Shown piece by piece: positions 48,953-59,071 of a DNA stretch of 64,000 nt. Below the pieces are notes generated by a model, which did not search any database, had not been told where the DNA came from, and worked only from the letters and a program-made list of their open reading frames with translations. Positions within the stretch are counted from its first letter, which is position 1. The number at the start of each line of letters is the position of its first letter. A program made the translations under genes and the position numbers. Source of the DNA: Nemertoderma westbladi (lineage: Eukaryota > Animalia > Xenacoelomorpha); assembly GCA_032718475.1 (NCBI GenBank), contig JAUCBJ010008799.1, positions 62,001 through 126,000 of the forward strand, written 5' to 3'.

Positions 48953-51900
48953 GGGTCTCGTTGTTCTTGCTCCTATCGGGGTATATTGTTGATATTGTGA
49001 TGGGGGAATGTCACCCTGTCCCCCCCCCCACCGGTATGTTTGGTACTGGGGTTGATGTTAATATATTGGGGCCCATACACCTATCCGCAATAATTCCCCC
49101 CTCCCCTGGGTATATGTTATGTCCCTGCATGCTGTAGTCATACTGCTGTACTGGTACCGGTATAGGCCTATCAGCTTCTGGCCTACTCGCCGGTATGTAT
49201 TCCGCGACTTCCGGGTTTAATCCCGTTGTCCGCGCTATCCTATCGCCTACATTGCCTCTCTCAGTATGGCCTATGGTATGTGCAGTAAGGCCTACAGTAT
49301 GTCCTACAGTCTGCATGTGTCGCTCGGGATCGAAGTTTATTCTTCTCGAATAGTCCTCCCCGTGGCTACCGTATTCTCGATCGGTAGGTACATTCCGTCG
49401 GAAAGTTTCTCTTCGACCCCCCTCTCTACTGTTCTCGTCTTCGTACCGGTACATCGCGTACCCCTCCATCGGCGCGTAATGCACCTCACCAGGTCGCATC
49501 TCTCCGGGGTGACGGCAATCTCCCGGAGTCCGACCCTACTGACTCTCCGTTCTCATCTCGACTACCGACGGCTCGCTATCCGTCCTCGCTCTTCTATCGT
49601 TCGCGGCGATACTTTTACTACTGTCTTCTCTTCTTCTCCTTTCAGTGTAGTATTCCCGCTCGTGAGATCTCTCGTCGACCTCCTGGTTAAACCCCACTGT
49701 TCTTCTTCCCTCTTCTGATCGGGCTCGACGCTTCGTCCGCCCTCTCACGACGTCAACCTGTCTCTCTCTGCTCGGTCGCACGCCGCTGGGGATACTCCCA
49801 ATCCCCCTATTACTCTCCGTTGCCGGGTGTTGCGGTTTACCTATTTCGGCCCGCGCATTATCCGCTGACGGCTGTGGAGCACTCTCTGCCCCCCCCTTTC
49901 GCCGCTAACTCGCTGTTGTGGGGCTCTTTTAGCCCCCCCCCCACTCGCCACATCTAACTTCGCTATCTCTCACCCCGCTACTATATCCCTCTCTCATCGA
50001 CACATCAACCCTACCGCGGTCGGGTCTATTCACCCCCGCCTCTCCCTCTGCTATTGCGTGGCCTACCAGGCCCTCTACCTCCTGCCTACCAACTATGTGG
50101 CCTACCAGGCCCTCGCTGGGTCTACCCGACCCAGCCACTCCCTGCCTACCAACTACGTGGCCTACCAGGCCCTCTCTGGGTTGGCTCAATCCCGCCACTT
50201 CCGGCCTACCAATTGTACGGCCTACCAGGCCCCCGTCTGCCTGGCCATACACGCCCGACGTGTTTACGTTAATAGCACCCATATTGGAAACGGAATTAAT
50301 TTGTTCGTTTGAAACAAAATCATTTGAATTATTTTGTAAATTCGGGCTTGGATCATTATTTAAATTATTTGAATTATTTTGCACGTTCAAATTGAAATTA
50401 TTATTTGTACTTAAATTTAAATTACTGCTACTAGGTAAAGTATTATTTGCTGCAATAAAAGGATTAGGGTTGTCCAATACGGTACTATTAATATTAATGA
50501 CGTCTACTATAGCATTATTATTACCCCACCCCCCCCCCCCCCCCCCGCCCATACGGTCACACCAGTCTTGGGTCTGTCGTGCGGTCCCTGTAAGTGGGGT
50601 ATTAATAAATGTATCCACGGCCCCTGGCTCCTCGAAAATACTCGAGCTAGCCCCACTCTCAGACGCCCCTACTCGCGCCAATTCCCGTTCGCGCGTATGT
50701 ATAGCTTTGTATCCTGTAAGCTCACCTTGACGTCTTTCTAGTTCCTTTTGCTCACACTCCTTCCTTGCCATTCTCTCCTTACACTCCCGTGCGTCCCGTT
50801 CGGCCAATTCCAACTCTCTTCTAGCCCCCTCCCTTCATCTCGCCTCACGCTCTCTGCGTTCGTTTTCCTCTCTCGCCTCGCGTTCTTTGCACTCGTTTTC
50901 CTCTCTCGCCTCGCGTTCTCTGCACTCGTTTTCCTCTTTCGCCTCACGTTCCCTATGTTCCGCCTCACGCTCCTTGCGCTCAATTTTCTCTCTCGCTACA
51001 CATTCCCTACGTTCCGCCTCACGCTCTTTGCGCTCATTTTTCTCTCTCGCCTCGCGCCCTTCTTGTTCCTTCCTCCCTACTTCCTCACACTCCCTAAGGC
51101 TTCTCGCGGCCCTTTCGGCCCTCTCTCCGGTTTCCTTAATCAACGCCATTTCCCTCTCTAGCAGCACTCTCCCCTCCTCTAACCGTCTACCTACTTCCCT
51201 TTGACCTTGCTCTATTAAATCGAGACGGTACGTGGCATTTATCTCTCTCACCCGTCTTTCTTTCACGGAGGATGTAGCAGACTTATCGGTTGTAACGGAT
51301 TCCCTCCGCCTCCCCGTCCTACTAACTTTCCCCCGCCTCCCGGAACTTCCTCCGACCGACGAGGCCGAATCCTCGGGGTTAACCTCGGATTCGCCCTCCT
51401 CGGGTCTCTCCCAACCCACTAATTTTACTCCCTGGGCATCGACTAAGTATGGCCCTACGTACACTATGCTAGGTTCCATACCCCTACACCGCCATAGGTC
51501 ATACAGTTCCTCGGCAACCCCTCTCGCTCTCTCCTTGGCCAGTTCTCTTTGCCCGAAGCGCATTAGATAATAAAAGTGTCTATTCGACTCACGTAGTCCT
51601 TTCTTTAGTTTTACCTTGTCTATCTTCGCCCCTCCTCTGGCCTCCTCTAATAGTCTCCGGGTCGCGTTGTAGGCCCGTCGAAGTCGATCAGAAACCCCGA
51701 CGTCCTCGTCGCCGACCTCCCTTCCGTCTCTCCGGGTCCGGCGTCGTACCGTCGGCCCCACCGTCGCCGTTTCGGTGGGCCGCTCGTCGCCCTCGGCCTG
51801 TGGCTGGCCGGCGACGTCGGTACTGACATCTCCTCCATCTCTTCGGGTCCGGCGTCGTACCGTCGGCCCCACCGTCGCCGTTTCGGTGGGCCGCTCGTCG

Positions 51901-52160
51901 CCCTCGGCCTGTGGCTGGCCGGCGACATCAGTACGTCGACCCACGTCTCGTGTCGACTCGTCTCCTTCTCCCTCCATCTCGCTCTCTCCTTCTCTCGGCT
52001 CGACCTCGGGTTCCAGGCGGCCCCCCTCATCCTGAGCTGCCGGATGACCCGTTACCGATGGGTCCGGCATTGTGGGCCTGTACCGCCTGGTTGCGGCCTC
52101 GCGGATCGTTAACTCTTCGTCCGGGGTCCGCGTCGGCGTTGTCTCTCCCGACTGACTCAT
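48953..52160 (-). pseudogene. N-terminal gag extension (low complexity, E/R coiled coil) broken by in-frame stops and G-homopolymer frameshifts
   Basis: ORFs 50835..52160 and 49929..50813 share a frame (single TGA), as do 49536..49781 and 49011..49499 (single TAG). Other breaks coincide with poly-G runs, so some may be sequencing errors. Confidence 0.7.
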
Positions 52161-52223
52161 CTCGCTTGGTGATTGGTGGCTGGTAGTTTAGCTAGCTAGG
52201 GCGGCAGCTCTGAGTTTAATTAC

Positions 52224-52771
52224 TGTGACGGGATCCAGGAAGGATCCCGGTTTATCCGGTTGTTTAGTTCACGCGTCCCCGCCGTGTGTATGAAAGGTAA
52301 AAAGAGTTCGTGTCGTTCGTCGTATATAATGATCGGTTGTTCGGGTATATAGATATGAGTATAGATATATAGATAATATTGTCGTATACAGAAGGCGGGA
52401 TACGGTAATTAAAGTCCCGGTCCTTCCCTAGCTAAACTAACTAACCTAACTAGCACCAATATGATACTGAGATAACTGAACTGAAATGATTACTGCCAAT
52501 TGGCTATATTGCACGGTTGGCCTTGTTACTCTACCTAATCGATGCCTTTCCCCCCTCTGATTGGTTGATACCCTTGTTGGCGCCCTTTGGAGTGTTTCCG
52601 TTCACTCCACCTGTTCTCTCTGGGTTAGGGGTTTGGCCCCTGACCCTCATTGTGTTTCTCCTTCCCATTTTGTTGGGGTGACACGAGTTGGTGATTACCC
52701 AATCTCGTGGCCCCCAATATTGCTTATCGGCTTAACTTTATGGGGTGTTAGCGGGATTGAATAAGCTAACA
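52224..52771 (-). repeat. 5' LTR (548 bp) with clustered TCAGT initiator-like motifs near 52466-52484
   Basis: Near-identical to 41154-41701; gag ATG lies 63 nt downstream. Confidence 0.95.
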
Positions 52772-53138
52772 GTGACAATTACCATATGATACACTTACTG
52801 TATAGTTGTGTGTGGATTTCAGTTGATTCTATTCAATATAAGTTATACAATACTGAACAACAGTATACGGTATCATTGTTGTATTAATATTGTTCTATCA
52901 GTATAAATTAACATACGATAATCATAATGAAAATTATTTAATAATTCCAGTTTTTAATTTCATTTTCAATTAGATAACAAATTTAGTAATATATTATTTC
53001 AGTTTTGGGTACACTGTTAGACAAAAGTTAGTAGGCCTACTACTGTACAACTGTATGAATAGTTGATGTTAGCGGACAGTAGGGTGTGTGAGGGAGACTT
53101 GAGTTAAGGGGAGACTTGATATTTTTGAATAACTCAAA

Positions 53139-55670
53139 CTACTACTACTAGGTCGAGCGAACTCGGACAGTGGAAATGAGATCCTTCCAGGCTTCCCGAT
53201 TCTCCATAGTTGTCGCAATGTCGTTTCTCCCAAGTTCAGTATCCCTTTCAAGTTGATCTATATATGTTATGGCAGGTCGTCCACGACTACGCTTTCCATG
53301 AGTTGGTTGCCAGAGAAGTAGATCTGGTATGACCTCGTCTTTACTTCGCCAGCAGTGCCCACTGAATCTTAATCTGCGTTCACGGAGGGTGGTTGATACA
53401 GGTGGTATTGTACCATAAAGCTCGGCGTTTGTCATGTGTTGTCTCCAGCTGATGTTTAGGGCTGCCCTTAGTAGTCTTGTGTAGCAACCATCAATTCGTT
53501 GTTCAAGTGATTTAGTCCAGGTCTCACCCCCGTATAAAAATACACTTTCCACTGTGGCTCGAAAGAACTTAGTCTTCAGGTGCCTGGAGAGATCTGATTT
53601 CCAGATGGTATCCATTTTTGATAGAGCTACCCAAGCCTTTGCTTTCCTAACTTCTATGTCCTTTTTGCTACTCTCTATCCATGATCCAAGGTACTGGAAG
53701 TCATCGACCTTCCTTAGTTGATTATTATCAATGGTTGTCAAGTTTCCATCAACATTAAAGGTCATGAATTCGGTCTTGGTAGCATTTATATGCAATCCAA
53801 CCTCCTTAGCAGCCCTCTCCACTTTATTTAGTAGTAGCTGTGCATCTGCTAGCGTATTAGAGAGCAGGGCGATGTCATCCGCAAAGTCGGTGTCTGTGAC
53901 TGTAGTTGCCGGATATCTACTACTTCTGCGTTCTTGAAGTGTGAATCCCAGATCTTCACCCTTTGTGGCCGTCCTCATTGCGTAATCCAGCACAATTACA
54001 AATAGTAATGGTGCTAATGTGTCACCTTGCAGTACGCCAGCCAGGATTGAGTAAAACTCAGTTTCACCATCTGGTGAGAGTACCTGCGCTTCTGTGTCAC
54101 AATATAACAATCCAATGCCAGCAACAATTACTTCTGGTATTCCATAAGCTCTTAGGATTTCAAGCATTTTACCTCTATGGATGGAGTCGAATGCCTTCTT
54201 GAAGTCCACAAAGGTCATGACTGCGGGAGGATTCTTTGACTTAATTCCTTCAATCAGTCTCCGTAGTGCAAGTATCTGAGCTATTGTTGATCTACTTGGT
54301 CGAAATCCGTTTTGGCTCTTACGCAGTAGTTTCTCTATGTGAGGCCTAATCCTATAAAGAATCATTTTATTGTATATTTTGGCAGCTACCACAAGCAGAC
54401 AGATCCCACGATAGTTTGTTGGTATGCCGAGGTCTCCTTTCTTGGGGAGAGGCTTTAGTTGACCTTTAGTCCAAATTTGTGGTGGCTTTTCCCCTTTTAA
54501 CATCCGGTTGCAAACAATCAATAATGGTCTATTTAGCACTCCGGTTTTCCATACCTCCGCTGGGATTTCATCTAATCCACTCGCTTTATTATTGGACATG
54601 CTTTTAATGCTTCTTTGGAGTTCGGCAGGTGTGAAGTCCCCTGTTTCTATAAGTAGTGTCTTGTCATATATTTTCCTTGTAGGGCTGACCTCGATGTTTG
54701 GTGGCTGCCCAAGCAAGTTGCTGAAGTGATTTTTCCACTTCCCAACACGTTCTTCAGGACTATCGGCTTTGAGGCGCCCCTTTGCACAACTTTTCCGACC
54801 AGATACCTCATTTACAGTTTGCCAGGTAAGTCTTGATTGTTGCTGTATGTGAGCAGTTGTAATTGCTTCGATTTTATCCTGTATGTACTTTTCCTGGCTG
54901 ATGTTGTAGGCCAATTTAAGATCGTCCTTAGCTTTCTCACACCTTGTTAATGTTTTCGGTTGTTGGTTGTTCGGTTTTAACTTTGTAGGCTATCTTAAGA
55001 TCTTCTCTCTTACAAGTAACCTCAGAGTTTTGCCATGGCACATACTGTTTTCGTTTAGGTTTCTGGGGGATATGCCTCTTAGCTGATTCCTTGTGGGCTG
55101 TTATTATATTCTGGTATATTGAATCGGTGGATTGGTCTTCATCCATTGACTGAAGTGCTTCAAAGCGGTTTTGAACTTCTACTGTATAAGCATCCTTTAC
55201 AGCATTGTCAGTTCTGAGTTTCTCCCAGTCATAGTTGATTTGCTTGCTTGTCCTGGGTTTGCTGGCTCTCAAACTGAGTCTGATCTCTGCAGTCACAATT
55301 CTGTGGTCCGAACCAATTAGGTTGAACGAGCTGTATGCCTCGCAGTTGATCATGCTATTTCTCCACCTTTTGTTTATAAGGATGTAATCCAGTTGTGCTT
55401 TGGTTCCATTAGGGTATTGAAAGGTCCATAGCTTCCCCTTACTCTTTTCGAATGTGTTGTTTGTTGGTATCAATTCACATTCTTCCATTAGGTCTAAAAG
55501 TAAGTACCCATTTCTGTTAGAACTGGTGTTATAGGTGTAACCCTTGATGTCTTCTGGGCCAATTTGCGCATTCAGGTCACCAGCAATGACTTTAACATTG
55601 TGTTTCGGGATGTCCTTAATAAGTCCAGTCAGTTCTTCATAAAACTTGACTGCTTGTTCTGGCTCTGATA
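53139..55670 (-). mobile_element. 5'-truncated RTE-clade LINE (APE-RT), young, one frameshift
   Basis: AGDLNA, QLDYIL, SDH; FVDFKKAFDS, QGDTLAP, FADD, YLGS. (TAG)4 tail and 14-bp TSD ttgaataactcaaa at 53125-53138 and 55671-55684. Confidence 0.92.
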
Positions 55671-56804
55671 TTGAATAACTCAAAAACTATTGTAAATTAT
55701 TTCACAATAACACACCATAATGTTCAAAATACTTGTAGGCTACACCCACGCAACAGTGTTGTATTACCTTTTGGTTATTTTTTGTTTTATTGCCAATAAA
55801 CGTTTTATGGGTTCAAAAGTAAATTGTTAACCTTTACAACGAATGAAAATGCGCACCCTTTTCAAATTATATCATTTAATATAAAAAAAAGGGGTGCGGG
55901 TCGATTCGCCCCTTGACCTATTCGCACCAAGTCTATTCGCCCCAGTAATATAATATACAGTATGTAATATAATAATGAATAGGGTCTATACTATAACTAA
56001 CTATCACTTTTCAAATATTTTTATCTTATCTAGGTATCATTTTTTATCATTCTAATTCAAAAAATCGAATTATAAAGGGAAAAGGTACACATGTTGGTCT
56101 AGTGCGATAATTTACCAATTACAATTACTATACGTGTTCTGTACAGCTGTGTAGTATATTGCATACATAGTATGACATTAGCCTAGACATGCTAGAAAAA
56201 TATTTAAAACAATAAACATGTCAGCATGTAGCCAGCCTGCTCATAAGTCATAATTCATTCTACATCTTGCTGTTCTGTAATTATGCCCAACAATTTATTG
56301 TTGCACCATCAATACACAACAATTGAATCATCAAATGAGACAGGGGGGGCAGTGCCGGATTAACCTTAAGGCATATAAGGCACGTGCCTTTGGGCCAGCC
56401 GAAAATACGGGCCATTTTTTATCAACGAGTCATTCCTATGAAAAAAATATTTTCTAAAATTTGTAGAAAGCAGAGCAAGAAAGTGCATCTTTCGACTACA
56501 TTCGATCCCTAAATTTGTGATAGAAAGTGAAAATTCTAGCTCAGTCGAGGAGTCAGGTGCTGTGTTATTAGTTCGAGACCTGATGGCAGGGAAATAATAA
56601 TACATTGGTAGTAAAACTTTAAAGAGCTAATTATGAACAATGGAGAATTTAATTGAATTTTTTTCAATTTAATTTTAATTATTTGTCGTCAATAACATAA
56701 TATTGCTGATATTTATGACTCTCTGTATAAAAGAGCTTCCGGTAATTCTGTCGGGAATCGAAAACGTAAACTCGCCGAACGGTTCTAAAAAGGTAGTAAC
56801 AAAA

Positions 56805-58229
56805 ATGACACACTCAGCAAAAAAAAATAAGCAGAAAAATAAAAGTGAAAAGGAAACTAAAGGCGGCAGTGGCCCTTTGGGTGCCTTCTTCCTCCCTTCC
56901 CATCCGACAACGAATGCGAGTGACACGGAACAAGAAGTCTCCGAGCCACAACTCAAAAACGATAGCGTCGAGGGAATCTCCACCCCGTTAGCGAATGTCG
57001 AGCACAATAAGGTCTTTGGAGAGGATGCGATTTCCCCCCCCGACAGTGCCGATGGGCTGAGCGAGCCTATAAACCCCCCCTATACAAACCCCGCTAGTCT
57101 CGACAAACAACTATCGAGCGAGGAATCTCTTGAATCTCTAATTAGGAATTTGGGTACCCAAATGAACACCCAGACGAACACGCTTCGAGGTGACATGAAA
57201 CTTCAGGCTTCCGAAATTAAGGAACAGATAGTGACCCTAAAAAAGGAATTTCGAAAAGAAATCAATGAGGTTATAGAGTCTGTCGACTTCAACAGCAATT
57301 CAATTCAGGAGACAAACGAAGCACTCGCTTCCTCAATTCAACACAATCAAGCCGAGAATCGGGAAACTAGAAGACAAATTCTATCCAACGAGGTTAGGTT
57401 CTGTAAATGGAACTTAATAATATTCGGAGTCGAAGGAAACCAAAGAGAAAGTCACGAAAAATCAAAAGCGTCACTCGCGCGTTTAGCTGAAAGACTCGAA
57501 CTTCCTCTTCCCATTGTCGCCAACTGTCACAGAATTTCCGGAAAGATAAACGCCCCACTATTCGTTCGTTTCATCCAGTTGGATGAGGTAATGGCGTGGT
57601 CACAAGCAATTGGTAATAAGAAAATCTCTCTGATTAATAACACACAAGTTACAGCAACCCGTGATCTCCCCAAGTGCCTCCTTCCTCTACGAAAGGAACT
57701 AGTACAAATGCGAAAAAATTTGGATCCGGATCAACGCAAAGAAACAAAAATTCACATCAACGAGAACTTTTACCCTTTTGTTTTCCTAAAAAAATCGGAT
57801 GGCTCAATGCTCTCTCCACAGATGGATCCCAAGCTTCCAACAATCCCTGCAGCCATAAAGATACCGCATCAAATAAGTAATGAACGCATGGAATGGCTCA
57901 ACATCCCAAAATCCAACGAGGTAGATCAATCGGTTCGACAAAAGGTTCCACAGATCCCGAGCTCAGTACCACATGAAGGCGACGACATTCACGGAGAAAG
58001 TGAAGGTTTCGCAGGGAGTCGAGAAAGACAACGGGGTCTCGGCCGTTCCCGTGATGGCTCCCAAAGCCAATATCAGAGACAGCACGCACCGCGCGGACGA
58101 GGGTTACAATCCTCTGATTGGGGATACAATCCTCACGATGGTAATAGATACTATCGAGGTGGTTATAGTAGCGACCATAACGGATGCATGAATGGAAGGG
58201 ATGGTGGCTACTACAGTAGTTTATATTAA
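56805..58229 (+). CDS. L1/Tx1 ORF1p (coiled coil, RRM-like domain, G/R/Y-rich tail)
   Basis: Coiled coil then NLIIFGVEG, CHRI, PLFVRF, RDLP motifs; likely start MTHSAKK. Confidence 0.8.
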   Translation: MTHSAKKNKQKNKSEKETKGGSGPLGAFFLPSHPTTNASDTEQEVSEPQLKNDSVEGISTPLANVEHNKVFGEDAISPPDSADGLSEPINPPYTNPASLDKQLSSEESLESLIRNLGTQMNTQTNTLRGDMKLQASEIKEQIVTLKKEFRKEINEVIESVDFNSNSIQETNEALASSIQHNQAENRETRRQILSNEVRFCKWNLIIFGVEGNQRESHEKSKASLARLAERLELPLPIVANCHRISGKINAPLFVRFIQLDEVMAWSQAIGNKKISLINNTQVTATRDLPKCLLPLRKELVQMRKNLDPDQRKETKIHINENFYPFVFLKKSDGSMLSPQMDPKLPTIPAAIKIPHQISNERMEWLNIPKSNEVDQSVRQKVPQIPSSVPHEGDDIHGESEGFAGSRERQRGLGRSRDGSQSQYQRQHAPRGRGLQSSDWGYNPHDGNRYYRGGYSSDHNGCMNGRDGGYYSSLY

Positions 58230-59071
58230 ATTCGAGTAGGTCAACCCCTTGATACTCATTTAAGAATATTCCCATTTAGATTGGTCTAAATTACCGAATT
58301 TACAAATACTTTTGAAATAGGTTAATGGACTAATCTCATTGTTAGATTTAGCAGCCGAAGGTAGAATACATAAATCTGATGCAGAATCCAAGTACGAACT
58401 GGCTTTTTATGCACTGGCAAATGGCAGGCCTCAGTTATTTTTCAGTTATTTTCTTTCCGTTTTTGTATTTAGTCAGAGTTGCTGTTTTTGTGATTTATTC
58501 CATTTTTGTTTTTTTTTGTTTCACATTGCGAAAGAATACTGTGCGACTGTTTGTGTGGAAATAATCCTGCCAAAGGCATTATTAATTTTGTCGGCAGCGA
58601 ACTGGTTGAACTCCATTATGATTATAGTGGACAAATACAGCTCGATTTCTGCATTTCCTCTTATTTTTTTATTGAACTTCCTTATTGTATTAGTATTAAA
58701 TTTAAATTTTTTTTTTTGCTATGCCATAAAAATACTCCTCCATCTCTCCACAATAATTGTTATATCGCTATACTCAAAAATCAATATGAATTTTCAGTAC
58801 AGCAGCAGCGCCATAAATGTTTTTGATGTGAAGTTTGCATTCGACCCAAGTGTCTACGTCCCTTTATTTGTACATGTACACTATTTTTTTATCCTTTTTT
58901 TCATGCAGGGTTTTAATATTAAACTATCAGCAATAGATTTCGAAACAGCAGAAAATGATGGCAATATTTTCCTACACCAGCAATTTAAGTATCGAAATGT
59001 TCAACGAATTACTCAAAGAATTATCCAATTTTTTTTTTCCTTTAAAAGATATGAACTAATACAAACTCATT

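Larger units (their letters stand above)
41154..52771 (-). mobile_element. Full-length non-autonomous Bel/Pao-derived LTR retrotransposon with exonuclease cargo ORF
   Basis: 548-bp TGT...ACA LTRs at 41154-41701 and 52224-52771 (4 substitutions seen). GTGAC TSD at 41149-41153 and 52772-52776. PPT; gag-PR; no RT or integrase core. Confidence 0.93.

Noticed and set aside
42473-52186. Many overlapping or antisense ORFs (e.g. 44060..45007, 42817..43575, 46500..47432, 50095..50730)
   Set aside because: Low-complexity shadows of purine-skewed, GC-rich coding sequence with no recognisable motifs
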